Shown here one piece after another: positions 33,528 to 44,222 of a DNA stretch of 64,000 nucleotides; position 1 is the stretch's first letter, and the number at the start of each line of letters is the position of its first letter. The DNA lies in IMG/VR virus record IMGVR_UViG_3300028654_000001, positions 448,572-512,571 of that record. The stretch is one strand, 5' to 3'. The translations under genes were made by a program, and so were the position numbers. Below the pieces are notes generated by a model. The model searched no databases, was not told where the DNA came from, and saw nothing but the letters and a program-made list of their open reading frames with translations.

Positions 33528-34848
33528 GGGCATGATCAACCCTCACTTGGGCGGTATAAGCTGAAGCAGATTCCTTTTCGATCCCAATGAAGTCGAAGCC
33601 CTTATGGACAGCAGCCACGCACGTAGTACCTGATCCACAATAAGGGTCGAGTATCAAACCCTTCACAGGAGTAGCCATGGTGACCAAGTACTCCATTAAC
33701 CTAACGGGCTTTACCGTCGCATGCTCGTTCTCATCATCCTGTTCAAGACCCTCATTCTTTTCAGCCTGACTCGGCTTTGGAACATAGAAGAAAGTTGACT
33801 CAGGGTCGATGTTGACGAAGTACTTTGAGGCACCATTAGGAGACTTAGTAGGAGCTATAGATTTGGACCCCTTCCTAGCTCTAGTAGGCTTCCCAATAGC
33901 TCCACTATGAAAGTGAAGCCAACGGATCGGACAGGAGTGGTGACAATCCCAGATCTCTATCTCTTCATCGTCTCTCGTAATGGTCGTATACTTGTGTCCA
34001 GCTCCACCACCAAATGGTTTAGCACCATCATCAAATCGATTGATGGGTGGCATAGCAACCATCTCGGACCCGACTTTACGACACAAATCGGAGTGAACCA
34101 TGATGAGGTTTGGGGGAAACCTACCAGACGTCTTTACGTCATTGGCTCCAGAGAGATCTGAACTATTCTTCCAACTATTGCCCATCTTCCCCCCGCGGGC
34201 CTTGATAGCATCTACGCCTGCTTTATGCTTCTCAAAGTCCTCTGGGGATGAGTGCTTAACTCGAGAAGACTCGATGTTGATCCCGCCGGTACCCGTCTTC
34301 TTGATCTGCTCAATCACTGAGCTCTCTTTGACTGGCTTGCGGAACATCAAGATGGGTTCCCAGTAAGGCTTCAAAGCTGTACCAAAACCATCCCATTGCT
34401 CAAGAAGATCATCGAGATTGAGTTCTCGCATCTTCTTTCCAATGTCTGAACTCTTCGGCATCCCTTGAGCTCGAATCCACCTCAAGATAGGCGGACCCAT
34501 CTCAGCTGGAATCACATCCCTGTTCTCAAACCCTGCAGCTCGAATCCCAATCGACAAGATGTCTTGGGTACGAGTACCGGCGAAGCAGAAGAGAAAAGCT
34601 CCTGGTTTGAGTACTCGGAAGCATTCCTTCCAAACCGCAACAGAAGGTAAATCCCAATCCTTGTGCATGAACTCGCCCATATCGAGTTCTGAACCCAATA
34701 GGTAAGCAACAATCTCCTCAATTGTTGGGTCTCGGTCACCTAGGCCATAAGGAGGGTCTGTGACAATAGAGTCAACCGACTCATTAGGGATCAGCTTGAG
34801 AGTGGGTAGACAAAGGCCATGGACGATGGTGTTGTTTGGTACTGTCAC
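33457..34848 (-). CDS. N6A/N4C DNA methyltransferase (beta class)
   Basis: SVDSIVTDPPY near N-terminus; HATVKP, ILDPYCGSGTT, FIGIE near C-terminus. Confidence 0.92.
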   Translation of the reverse strand: MTVPNNTIVHGLCLPTLKLIPNESVDSIVTDPPYGLGDRDPTIEEIVAYLLGSELDMGEFMHKDWDLPSVAVWKECFRVLKPGAFLFCFAGTRTQDILSIGIRAAGFENRDVIPAEMGPPILRWIRAQGMPKSSDIGKKMRELNLDDLLEQWDGFGTALKPYWEPILMFRKPVKESSVIEQIKKTGTGGINIESSRVKHSSPEDFEKHKAGVDAIKARGGKMGNSWKNSSDLSGANDVKTSGRFPPNLIMVHSDLCRKVGSEMVAMPPINRFDDGAKPFGGGAGHKYTTITRDDEEIEIWDCHHSCPIRWLHFHSGAIGKPTRARKGSKSIAPTKSPNGASKYFVNIDPESTFFYVPKPSQAEKNEGLEQDDENEHATVKPVRLMEYLVTMATPVKGLILDPYCGSGTTCVAAVHKGFDFIGIEKESASAYTAQVRVDHALKERNEEELQREAFDLMLELESE

Positions 34849-34868
34849 AAGGTTGACTTACACCAGAG

Positions 34869-35672
34869 TCACAAGTCAAAGTGCTGTTCTAAGACGTTTT
34901 TGATAGTTCGCTTGTATTTGTCCAATCGGCTATCAGCCCTGTTATCAGGAAACTCTTTACCCTCTAGGTAGGGAAGCATTCTACCACGTGTAATCTCGAC
35001 ATCACTATACCCATCTAGAATCAACTTGAAGTAAAGGCCAATGTCTTCCGCGTAATCAGAACTAACCGAACTCTCGAGCTCAGTTATGATCTGCTGCTGT
35101 TCTGATTGAGGTATCAAATCCCCAAGGTTATCCCAAGCTGACGGTTGCTCAACAACGTCGTCGAGGGTGTCGTGTTCCCTAAGCTTCTCACGCCTAAGTG
35201 TGTTGATGGTCTCATTCTTTACAGCGCTCAATGTGTAGTTCTCGGCATAGCTCAAGGACTGCCCTTGAATCTTGTTCTTGAAGTTCTTGTCCGAATAGAG
35301 CTTGAGAGACACTCTCGAGAGTACATCCTCGATAGCATCGTCCCTGGTAAAGGAGTTCTGGGATCTGGTTCGGAAGTCATTCTTCAAGTACCTGAACGCG
35401 GCTCCTCTGGCTCTCTTACCAAAGTCTAGACCGTAACCCTTTAGCCGAGTGATCTCCCTTGTATTCTTCGGCATGAATGGAGCCGGTGGCATATCCGTCA
35501 CGCCATACAACAAGAAAAGTCCATACATGAGCTGACCGAACTCAGCTGGCTCAGTAGCAAACTTGACTCGATGAAGTAGTCTGGCTACTCGCAGCCCCCA
35601 AGGTAGAGAGGCAGCAACCTTTGCCCGAAGATCTCTGGTAGCTCGCACTAAACGAGGAAGGGTGTCCATCAC
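34869..35672 (-). CDS. sigma-factor-like protein
   Basis: AIEDVLSRVSLKLY..YTLSAVKNETINTLRRE (region 2-like); LILDGYSDVEI (region 4-like). Confidence 0.55.
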   Translation of the reverse strand: MMDTLPRLVRATRDLRAKVAASLPWGLRVARLLHRVKFATEPAEFGQLMYGLFLLYGVTDMPPAPFMPKNTREITRLKGYGLDFGKRARGAAFRYLKNDFRTRSQNSFTRDDAIEDVLSRVSLKLYSDKNFKNKIQGQSLSYAENYTLSAVKNETINTLRREKLREHDTLDDVVEQPSAWDNLGDLIPQSEQQQIITELESSVSSDYAEDIGLYFKLILDGYSDVEITRGRMLPYLEGKEFPDNRADSRLDKYKRTIKNVLEQHFDL

Positions 35673-35696
35673 ACCAGATTTCGAATAAAGAGATCC

Positions 35697-36851
35697 TCAA
35701 TTCAAGTGAGCGAGTACTTTGAGTACTCGCTTCGGAAGCCTCATCCTGCTAACAATCTCTTCTGCAGTAAGCCCTCGAGCGACAAGTGACAGGATCTCCT
35801 CATGCTTTGCAGCAATTAGGTCTTCTTTCCCGTTGAAAAAGAACCCTAGTGCTTCATGTAGGGCATACATATTCTCTTGGCGAGGCCCATAGTTGTCAAC
35901 CAGAGTGTCTTCCCAGGACTTGCCAGTATCCAAGTCCATACCTGGGAAGTGCTCCTTGTACTTCCGATCTCTAGTGCGGCACCAATTAGCGTAAATGTTG
36001 TGAACTGACCTAGCTAAGTACAACTTGAAGTAAGGTTTTGGTTGAAGCTTGAGAGGTTGGACACTTGGATTACTCTTGCAACGAGGGTTGGTGTCCCGCT
36101 CACTCTTGAGCCGTTCAACGTCAGCCGTGTGGTAAGTGGCCACTCTGGAGCCATAAGTACCGCTAGCTGGAGTCAAGCACGGGCGCTCAGGAGGGCTATT
36201 TACAATTAGCAGTTCCTCTGGAACACCTCCGAACACCTTCACCACACAAGATGGGCAGAACACCTTGTATCTGACCTTGAAGGTATCGCCTTTCTTAAAG
36301 GAGATGGTCTCATCTAGGCCGACGTAACAGAATACTCGGTGGTTGCTTGGAACCCACATCCTGGCCATGACCTTTGCGTACTTGGCTCTATCGGAATACA
36401 ACCAATGGTCATCGAGGACGTGTTGAAGTTTCTTAGTGCTGTTCCCGCAGCAGTGACAATCAGGACCATCTCTCAGGAGTACTTCGTCTTTTAGGGTAGG
36501 GGAGGCTTGTCTAAAATACCCATTACTCTTACTTCGCGGATCGCCGTTCATACCTCTAATCTGCATGTACTTGAAACCCTCCCAGGTCATACCCAGAAAG
36601 GAGCAAGTTTGATCCGTGGTCAGAACTTTAGGGATTGAACCTGTAGACGAATTATACTTTGTTATTAAATCTACCCTGAGTATCTCGAGCCAGACATGTT
36701 GGAGTAGGTCATCGAAGTTGGCCGACACACGATTGTAACGAGTTACCAAACGAGTCACAAACGGTGCATATGACTTGTAAAGATCATCCCCGTTCTTAGG
36801 CACATAGTCGTCAGGTAAGCCAAAAGTAGCCTGATTAGCAGAATTAACCAC
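35697..36851 (-). CDS. sigma-factor-like protein with internal HTH/Zn insertion
   Basis: LYKSYAPFV..FDDLLQHVWL..[~200 aa]..FKLYLARSVHNIYANWCR..LVARGLTAEEIVSRM. Confidence 0.65.
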   Translation of the reverse strand: MVNSANQATFGLPDDYVPKNGDDLYKSYAPFVTRLVTRYNRVSANFDDLLQHVWLEILRVDLITKYNSSTGSIPKVLTTDQTCSFLGMTWEGFKYMQIRGMNGDPRSKSNGYFRQASPTLKDEVLLRDGPDCHCCGNSTKKLQHVLDDHWLYSDRAKYAKVMARMWVPSNHRVFCYVGLDETISFKKGDTFKVRYKVFCPSCVVKVFGGVPEELLIVNSPPERPCLTPASGTYGSRVATYHTADVERLKSERDTNPRCKSNPSVQPLKLQPKPYFKLYLARSVHNIYANWCRTRDRKYKEHFPGMDLDTGKSWEDTLVDNYGPRQENMYALHEALGFFFNGKEDLIAAKHEEILSLVARGLTAEEIVSRMRLPKRVLKVLAHLN

Positions 36852-36982
36852 AAGACCTCTGTTGGTTTCTACACTAGAAGTTGTTTCTTGAATTAGGTAC
36901 CAAGCCTAACCCCACATTGGTACACATAGGTGGTGAGGGGCTTAGTGTAATAACCCACTGGGTCGACCGGTGTCAATACTAA

Positions 36983-37675
36983 ATGAGAGAGCCAATGCAC
37001 GAAAATATTCTCCCTGGAGGTAGGAGGAAAACCCCTACCAAAATATTTGGATCTCACTCAAAGAGTAGTAGCTCTAACCCGATTAGTTCTACATATAAAA
37101 TCACTGAGAGCGGAGAGTATGACCTTGATTTACCGGATGATTCTGAAAATGTAGAGTCAATTCTTGCTGAAATGGAGGCTCAAAGATCTTTGTTCGATGT
37201 TGCCTTCCAAAGAGGATCACTTGAAAGAGCCATCTCTCTAGTGAGGGATGCTTTGAACCTTCAATCAGAGAACCCAGAGAAGTTCGAAACCAAACTTCTG
37301 GTTTTCTGTTTGAATCATTGCCTAGGTAACATCAGAAGTGAGTTAATCCCACATTCCCCAAGAGGAGCCAGTTGGTCCCAACTGGCTTTTGAGTCTTTAG
37401 CAATTGGTTGGATGCGCTGGATGTCTAATGGAGACAAAGGGGTCCTTAACTACATCAACCACATGAGCGAAGATGAACCCGAAGAGGGTGACAAGGCTGT
37501 CGAGACCCTCAGCTTGAACTTCTGGGCTAAAGCGATCGAGATGCTTGTGATTGGACGATCTGAAGATTCTCGAAGATTCTTCGAACGAGCTAATGAAGTT
37601 GGAGCCAACTACGGTACTCGAACCAATCCTTCTATCTGTTGGACTTATGCTACAAGCTTCTTTATGACTATCTGA
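36983..37675 (+). CDS. hypothetical helical protein
   Basis: 230-aa ORF. Confidence 0.6.
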   Translation: MREPMHENILPGGRRKTPTKIFGSHSKSSSSNPISSTYKITESGEYDLDLPDDSENVESILAEMEAQRSLFDVAFQRGSLERAISLVRDALNLQSENPEKFETKLLVFCLNHCLGNIRSELIPHSPRGASWSQLAFESLAIGWMRWMSNGDKGVLNYINHMSEDEPEEGDKAVETLSLNFWAKAIEMLVIGRSEDSRRFFERANEVGANYGTRTNPSICWTYATSFFMTI

Positions 37676-37847
37676 CTCGGGATTACTGATACTACTAAGA
37701 GGGGTGATTACTACTGATACAGTTGCGACTGGGGTTGCGATTAGGATTGTGATTGAGATTAGGATTCAGATATTAGTGATTGTTTGAGTTCTCAACTTCA
37801 CTACTACATACATACTCTATATAGAGTATGTTAAGAAGGATCTTAAT

Positions 37848-37893
37848 CGATCGATCAATAATTCTGATCGATCGATCAATAGTTCTGATCGAT
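37848..37893. repeat. GATC-rich 21-bp tandem duplication
   Basis: GATCGATCAATA(A/G)TTCTGATC twice in a low-coding gap. Confidence 0.7.
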
Positions 37894-38300
37894 CTTGAGC
37901 TACTTGGGTCATAGGATTGGACAAGGTAGAACGAATACCAAACCAATCTTCCCTAGGGATACCATTCGAGGTCACTAACTCCCTCTCAAATGGAAGAGCA
38001 ACTTCTGAAGCCAACAAACTTCTGAAGCCTAGGGTACAATCCCGAGAGACCATTCTTGAGGAATGGGTGTCCAGTTCTCGAGTTGAGACACGGAAGTTTT
38101 TCAAGAGCTGGCCTGAGGAGTAATTCAGGGTCTCTTGTACCTTCTTCAGCTCAATGTTATGTGCGCTGATTACGGTCATGGAGCAGGGAACCAACCTCAA
38201 CGGACACGTGAGGGTCTGTTGATATACACCGCTCAGATCACTCTGTCCAGTGTATTGTGAATGAAGTAATTTGACCAGCCACCTCGTAGGTAACTGTTAC

Positions 38301-38627
38301 ATGAACCACCCCACACTTCTCAAATTAGAAGACTTCGATGACCTAGCACCAATTAGAATTAGTCTTCCAGCGCCTCTTCACATCGGAACCAAATTGAAAC
38401 TTAGATTTCCAGTTCAACGAAAGAATGGAGGCAGAACAGAAGTGTTGAATGTCGACGGTGAGTTCAAGGTGACCGCGGTTGTAATCGATGCTCGTGGGAA
38501 TGCAAAGCAATTGATCTCGGTTGCTGCTGTCGGAGCTGCACCCACCTGGAAGTCGATCAAGAATCCTGCTACACGGAAGTTGAATCCAACTTCCCGAGCT
38601 AAGATCAAAAAGACAGAAGTCACATGA
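38301..38627 (+). CDS. hypothetical protein
   Basis: ATGA-coupled to next ORF. Confidence 0.55.
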   Translation: MNHPTLLKLEDFDDLAPIRISLPAPLHIGTKLKLRFPVQRKNGGRTEVLNVDGEFKVTAVVIDARGNAKQLISVAAVGAAPTWKSIKNPATRKLNPTSRAKIKKTEVT

Positions 38628-38923
38628 ACGACGTCAACCACTTCATTGATGGGAAGCAAGTGCTACCGATATCTGTCTGGTCACAATTTAGTGACTTCAA
38701 CATCTATCGGGGCACCCCTTCCGAGATGGTTCTGGAGATGATTGGCAGGGGACACCAGGGATCTGTGCGGGAAGCTCTTGAGCAGCTGGTGAATCATGTC
38801 TCTCAAACACGGAACATTCAGATTCAACTTCCTTGGCAGGTCCCCGATGACGAGATCTTAGCCAACTTGTTCATCTACACACTTCTGCAGGCCGGAATAG
38901 TTCACCCGACCCCACTCGCCTAG
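38624..38923 (+). CDS. hypothetical protein
   Basis: 99-aa ORF. Confidence 0.55.
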   Translation: MNDVNHFIDGKQVLPISVWSQFSDFNIYRGTPSEMVLEMIGRGHQGSVREALEQLVNHVSQTRNIQIQLPWQVPDDEILANLFIYTLLQAGIVHPTPLA

Positions 38924-39504
38924 GACCATCGCCGGCACAATTCTTTGGCCCAGGAATTCATCCAACCGCCCTTATCCAGATAGGTTCGGAATCGGCGCTC
39001 GAGTTTTGTCATCTGGTTCCGGTTGCTTAGACAGATGTTCGGCCAAATGTCGAAGTATATGGTCTGAAACTTAGCACCCTTGGCAGGCTTCCAAGAGTAG
39101 ATGTCTCCGCAGATGATCTGAAGACGGTCGTCTTTGAAGTTGGGTGCAATTAGGTCGACCACATCTTGATGAAGCTCAACCACGGTGACGCTTCTCACAT
39201 TGGTTTTGGCCAAGATAGGCACAAGGATGAGTCCGATGCCGAGCCCAGCTATCAGAATGTCACCAGAGGCCTTCCAAACCACCGTCTGATTGGTGTCATG
39301 CTCGAGCCTGGTGTCACTCATCATTAGTTCTCCGGCAACAATGAGCTGGCAGTAATCCCCAGGTGAGGTTGCTTTCTCACGTCCGTGGGTAATCAGCTCT
39401 CGGAGAAGCATACTCTTGGCTGCCTGTTCGGTGATGGTAATGTGCCTGACTTTGGCAACACCTTTGACGCCAGGGGAAACTAGCTTGACCATTGGTTCGA
39501 ACAT
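38920..39504 (-). CDS. class I SAM-dependent methyltransferase (spermidine-synthase-like)
   Basis: LMMSDT, ILIAGLGIG, VTVVELHQDVVDLI, IICGD, YFDIWP; SD GGAG. Confidence 0.8.
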   Translation of the reverse strand: MFEPMVKLVSPGVKGVAKVRHITITEQAAKSMLLRELITHGREKATSPGDYCQLIVAGELMMSDTRLEHDTNQTVVWKASGDILIAGLGIGLILVPILAKTNVRSVTVVELHQDVVDLIAPNFKDDRLQIICGDIYSWKPAKGAKFQTIYFDIWPNICLSNRNQMTKLERRFRTYLDKGGWMNSWAKELCRRWS

Positions 39505-39785
39505 ATTTGGCTCCAAGTTACTGGTTTGTGGTTGACAGATACTACACTTGGCGAGGCTGGATCTCCCCAAAACCTACAAGTTATCTGAGCAGTCTCCTAC
39601 ACGTAAGTGTTCATGAGAGGATCTGAATCTCAGATCTATTTTCGAACTGGCTTAAAATAAGCACCGGCCTTCTACTACTGAACATGGGAATTACGTCTTA
39701 AATTCAATTATTTTCTGGTATAGTTGTAGTAATCAACCTTGTCAGTAAAACCAACTCATAAGTCAGGGCGGTGTACTAATGCCTC

Positions 39786-40400
39786 ATGTCGATTGGTCTG
39801 CTCTCAAAAAGCGTCACAAATTTGATCAGGTCAGCCAAGGCTGCCTGGGGTCAGAGGTCAACCGGGATACTCTCCGGTAGGGCGATAGCCGCGGCCATCG
39901 ACGATGGGTCGATCATCATCGACCCATACGACCGGAAGCATTTGAACCCAGCCTCCTACGACTTGACTTTAGGTGATGAGGTTAAGATTTACGACATAAA
40001 CTCCATAGGAAACTGCACATTGGATTCGAAGAAGGCCAATCCGACCAGAGAGCTGAAGATCCCTCCAGAGGGGATTCGTCTCCTACCCGGTACTGGCTAC
40101 TTGATGCACACGCGCGAGAGGGTAGGGACCAAGAAGTTTGTCCCAATCATCGACGGAAAGTCAAGTATCGGTAGGCTTTTTGCTCTAATCCACTATACGG
40201 CCGGGTACGGTGACCCTGGGTTCTTCGGCCAATACACACTAGAGGTTTCGGTAGTACACTCTATCATCCTCTATGCGGGTATGCAGATTTGTCAGATTAG
40301 ATTCCAAACTATTAGTGGTGAAGTTGATCTTTACAACGGGCACTACAAGGGTGAAACAGCACAAGGAGCTGTAGCCTCTCACGCATATGAGCAGTTTTAG
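39786..40400 (+). CDS. dcd: dCTP deaminase
   Basis: LNPASYDLTLG, GKSSIGRL, TAGYGDPGFFGQYTLE, GMQICQI. Confidence 0.95.
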   Translation: MSIGLLSKSVTNLIRSAKAAWGQRSTGILSGRAIAAAIDDGSIIIDPYDRKHLNPASYDLTLGDEVKIYDINSIGNCTLDSKKANPTRELKIPPEGIRLLPGTGYLMHTRERVGTKKFVPIIDGKSSIGRLFALIHYTAGYGDPGFFGQYTLEVSVVHSIILYAGMQICQIRFQTISGEVDLYNGHYKGETAQGAVASHAYEQF

Positions 40401-40440
40401 TACTCGTTGAAACAACATGGTACATGAAAGGCACAAATAA

Positions 40441-41169
40441 ATGAACTTTCGTAACCCTATCGTCGCTGACTACATGTTCCACCAACCCAAAGACCACGCT
40501 ACAGAAGCGGGACCCGACGAACACACCCACGATGTCGACTGCGCTTGTGAAGAGAAGCTCAAGATCCTAACCCTCCGATACTTTCCAGACGAGATCCTGA
40601 AGAAGAAGTGCAACCCCATCCCCGAGGTTACTGAGGACATCGTAAGGTTGGCCAAGAACATGGTCTACACGATGATGATCGAAGGTGGTGTGGGTTTGTC
40701 TGGTCCCCAGGTGGGCAAGCTGCTCAAGATCTTCGTAGTTGACGTCTCGTGGCACGGGAAGGCCGAGGATGCTGACCCTCAAATCTTCATCAACCCCGAG
40801 GTTGAACCCTTTACGGAAGAAGCTGACGCTCTTGGGACCGACGTGGATTACTCCAAGGCAACCCCACGGATCACTTCTACCGAAGGATGCCTATCCTTCC
40901 CCGGCGGGCGCGGGAAGGTCGAACGGTATGAATCCATTCGGGTGAAGTACCTCGATATTGATGGGAAGCCCTGTACCATGAATGCCCAAGGGTATCTTGC
41001 CAGAGCTATCCAACACGAGAATGATCACCTAGATGGGATCACTATTCAGTCGAGTATCCCCGCTTTCGATATGCGGAATGTCCATGAGAACGTCAAGATA
41101 CTCCTCCGCAAGCGGGTCCGCGATCTGAAGCCGGCACCCAAGAAAACGAAGGCTAAGACCCACCGTTAG
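40441..41169 (+). CDS. def: peptide deformylase
   Basis: GVGLSGPQVG, FINPE, EGCLS, QHENDHLDG. Confidence 0.95.
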   Translation: MNFRNPIVADYMFHQPKDHATEAGPDEHTHDVDCACEEKLKILTLRYFPDEILKKKCNPIPEVTEDIVRLAKNMVYTMMIEGGVGLSGPQVGKLLKIFVVDVSWHGKAEDADPQIFINPEVEPFTEEADALGTDVDYSKATPRITSTEGCLSFPGGRGKVERYESIRVKYLDIDGKPCTMNAQGYLARAIQHENDHLDGITIQSSIPAFDMRNVHENVKILLRKRVRDLKPAPKKTKAKTHR

Positions 41170-42353
41170 TGTTGGTGATTCTTGTACTGATCTAAAAAGT
41201 AAAAGGCCCAAGCCAACTTATCCAGTACACGTTGACCAGTAGGTTGACTTTTTGACCATAACTCTAAGTTATCCGGATGATTATCCAACCGGTCTCCATT
41301 TTTATGGTGGACACTCTCATGTTTTAATAGGGGTCTCCCAATAATGGCTTCCATTACAACACGGTGCTCTAGTACTTGTTTACCGCCAACAGTAACGAGC
41401 CAATAACCATCCACATGTAAGGTACCAGTTCCTTTTGCACGACGATCTTGTCTGGGTTTGATCCCACCACTCCTGGATTGATTGTAGTGGTAGCAACACA
41501 TACCCTTTGCTTGGTAGGTCCCATTACAACCAGGCATCTCACAAACACGCTTAACCCTAACCGTTAGAATACCTGCTAGTACCAGCTTACTATAGTGCTT
41601 GCGGCAAAAACCTTGTGCATGAGTAGGCCGCGAGCAAATACTCATAGCACAAAATCCATCTGGGTTTACCTTGAGGGTATAGCCTGATTCGTCCTTCACT
41701 GATGTTGGTTTATACTTTGGAAGGTTAGCGAGCCCTGTTTGAGGAAGGTTACTTCCAAATAAGTGGTTGTAAGTAACCACAAGCTCCTCAGCATACCTGA
41801 TCTTGTCCTGCACTCGCTGTCCGCTTGGTTGGTAATTAGACCACAACTCTAGATTCCCTGGTCGATTATCTGATCTGTCACCATTTATGTGATGTACGGA
41901 CTCACCTCTGATGAGTTTCCTGTCTAAAATAGACTCCATCACGCAACGGTGTTCACTCTTTCCGTTGATGAGTCTATACCCGCTTGGGGTGGTATAACCG
42001 GAACCTTTTCTTGCTCGAAGCCTAACTAACGGATCTCCGTATCGCTTCCATTGGTCATAGTGTTCTAAGCAGAACCCCTTTGAGGCATAAAGGTTGGGAC
42101 AGCCCTCAACACTACATTGTTTCTTTTCTTGTACTCGTATTTTACCTAATCTCCAAAGTTCTTGGTTAAAGCAACCACAACTATAGAAGGCCCCTTTCTT
42201 AAAGTGTTCCGTGGGTAGAACCCTCTCTTGCCCACAATCACATCGACAAGCCCAAGCAGTAACAACCCTACCACCATACAAGACGTTCTCCGCTGGTTTA
42301 ATAGCGGTCCAATGGTGACTCCTCAAACCTGTGATATTGATGCGAGCAGGCAT
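41166..42353 (-). CDS. double-HNH homing endonuclease
   Basis: Two EHR.VME..ESVHH.NGDR.DN.P.NLELW modules with Cys/His zinc fingers. Confidence 0.9.
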   Translation of the reverse strand: MPARINITGLRSHHWTAIKPAENVLYGGRVVTAWACRCDCGQERVLPTEHFKKGAFYSCGCFNQELWRLGKIRVQEKKQCSVEGCPNLYASKGFCLEHYDQWKRYGDPLVRLRARKGSGYTTPSGYRLINGKSEHRCVMESILDRKLIRGESVHHINGDRSDNRPGNLELWSNYQPSGQRVQDKIRYAEELVVTYNHLFGSNLPQTGLANLPKYKPTSVKDESGYTLKVNPDGFCAMSICSRPTHAQGFCRKHYSKLVLAGILTVRVKRVCEMPGCNGTYQAKGMCCYHYNQSRSGGIKPRQDRRAKGTGTLHVDGYWLVTVGGKQVLEHRVVMEAIIGRPLLKHESVHHKNGDRLDNHPDNLELWSKSQPTGQRVLDKLAWAFYFLDQYKNHQH

Positions 42354-42395
42354 ACCTAAAGCAAGGCATAAGTACAATACCAAACTTTGGTTTGT

Positions 42396-42740
42396 CTACT
42401 TAAGATCTGGAAAGATTGGTTCAACCTCTTGCATTGCTTCGTTCACTGCTCGTTCTTTCACATCCGCCCTCCACAACTTGAATAAGCCGAACGTCTTTGG
42501 TTGCTTTCTTCCTAGAGGGATTGGTTCAACCGTTACAGTGGGGTTTCCCCACTTATCCTGTCCAAAACCAAGAATCCGACCACGGTGATTCTTATACTTC
42601 CCGTAGAGAACAATATCCCCCGGTGAAAAGTAGCTAGCCCTAATGAATCGCTCAGCAACTCTTGAGATCAGAGTGCTTGTCTTCGATTCCTCAGCAAAAC
42701 TACTTGCTACTTTATGGACAAGGAGATCTTGGTCAGACAC
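42396..42740 (-). CDS. small SH3/KOW-like protein with KVASSF/RVAERF motifs
   Basis: FSPGDIVLYGKYKNHRGRI. Confidence 0.6.
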   Translation of the reverse strand: MSDQDLLVHKVASSFAEESKTSTLISRVAERFIRASYFSPGDIVLYGKYKNHRGRILGFGQDKWGNPTVTVEPIPLGRKQPKTFGLFKLWRADVKERAVNEAMQEVEPIFPDLK

Positions 42741-42827
42741 GGGGTTCCACTTCACTAGGGATTGGAATATTAGAAGCTTATTGATGCTCACCTATCAATA
42801 AACTTTTGACGGTCACCACCTATTAGG

Positions 42828-44222
42828 ATGACTGTATCACCGCTTGTTAGAGTTCAGTTCTCTTCCGATCTCTCCCACGCTTGGAACCCTACGTCAGGAG
42901 GGGTGGATGTTACTCCTGGGGATACTGTTAGTATCCAGCTGGATGACACCCTCGGAGTTGGATCTTGGTATCTAACGGTGGTGGGTGTTGATGAAGTCAC
43001 GGCTAACCCTCCAGTCCTTGTCAATGTATTGACGAGCCCAGACACTCCTGGGCTCGTTGTCAGTCCAACCTCTATTGTATCCTTTACAGTTCCAGTTGGA
43101 CGTGGTCAAGCATACATACTAAGATCTTCAGTCAATGGCCCAAGTATCACCACTACTTTCGGGATATTCGTCAGAACTGCTGCTGGTTTTAGGGTAGGAG
43201 CTGTCGGAGAAAGGTTCGAGGGGGATCCAGTCTTTGGTTGGACCACAACCCTAAACCAATTCATTCGTAATGGAGGTGGTGGGGGTGGGGGGCCTGCAGC
43301 AGCCCTCCAAACAACAACGGGGAACGTAGATGTCTCCGGGGCAGCAGCCCCCTCTACTGGAGAGGTTCTCACAGCGGTTGATTCAACTCATGCTACCTGG
43401 CAACCAGGAGGCAGTGCACCCGCTCTGCCTTGGTCGGCAACCGGTAATAACCCAGGCGACGATATACTACCCAGTGAGATTTTTCCTGAACCTATCTACA
43501 GTCTCTTCTTTGACACCGCTGGTGATGGTAACCCGCTCGGGATAATGACGGATAGGCTAAGTGTTAGGGCTGTGGCTCTTAAATCATCCCCCGACCCAAC
43601 CATCCCATCAAACTTCGATGGAGTAACTTTGGTTGACTTCGATCGGGTTCTACTAACTAGAGAGTCCTCTGGTAACAATGGTATCCGCTTCTTTTTCAGA
43701 GGTTCTTTAGTTGCTTGGACCCCACCGTGGATGACATGTGGGTTCCAAGTTTATGTAACCGATGGTGAGATCTATAAAGGAAAGACCTTCAGACAGATAA
43801 CACCAGGAAATCCAGCCCCACCTTCGTCATTTGGTGCCCAGGTTTGGGAATGCGATATTGGACCTCACATTGCACCCCCACTTTCCACGTACAATGGTTC
43901 AGGAGACGCTGTTACCTGGCACCTACTTGACACTATTCCTGGACCTCCAGCAAATGGTTATGACCTGATTGTTGTAACAGACAGTGTTGCAACCAACACA
44001 GGTACTGGGGACAATCTCCAGAGAGAACGCGGAGCGGTCACCTACCACTTCGCAGGAGGGACTCTAACATTATCCGATGATAGTCGATCCCTCACATCAA
44101 CTGACTACTTCAAACAGGTGATCAACGTTAACACTGTTCAACTCCAGGTTGGCCAACAGACAACTGGAAACAATTACAGCTTCAGAGTCCGAGCTTGGTT
44201 TGAGTATGTGAGGTCGATCTAA
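42828..44222 (+). CDS. putative virion structural/fibre protein
   Basis: Gly/Thr/Pro-rich, poly-G linker, AAAPSTGEVLTA..ATWQ fibre motif, DRVLL..NNGI. Confidence 0.6.
   Translation: MTVSPLVRVQFSSDLSHAWNPTSGGVDVTPGDTVSIQLDDTLGVGSWYLTVVGVDEVTANPPVLVNVLTSPDTPGLVVSPTSIVSFTVPVGRGQAYILRSSVNGPSITTTFGIFVRTAAGFRVGAVGERFEGDPVFGWTTTLNQFIRNGGGGGGGPAAALQTTTGNVDVSGAAAPSTGEVLTAVDSTHATWQPGGSAPALPWSATGNNPGDDILPSEIFPEPIYSLFFDTAGDGNPLGIMTDRLSVRAVALKSSPDPTIPSNFDGVTLVDFDRVLLTRESSGNNGIRFFFRGSLVAWTPPWMTCGFQVYVTDGEIYKGKTFRQITPGNPAPPSSFGAQVWECDIGPHIAPPLSTYNGSGDAVTWHLLDTIPGPPANGYDLIVVTDSVATNTGTGDNLQRERGAVTYHFAGGTLTLSDDSRSLTSTDYFKQVINVNTVQLQVGQQTTGNNYSFRVRAWFEYVRSI

Noticed and set aside
37817-38200. 127-aa CDS
   Set aside because: Low complexity, runs through the GATC repeat and has no motif; not supportable
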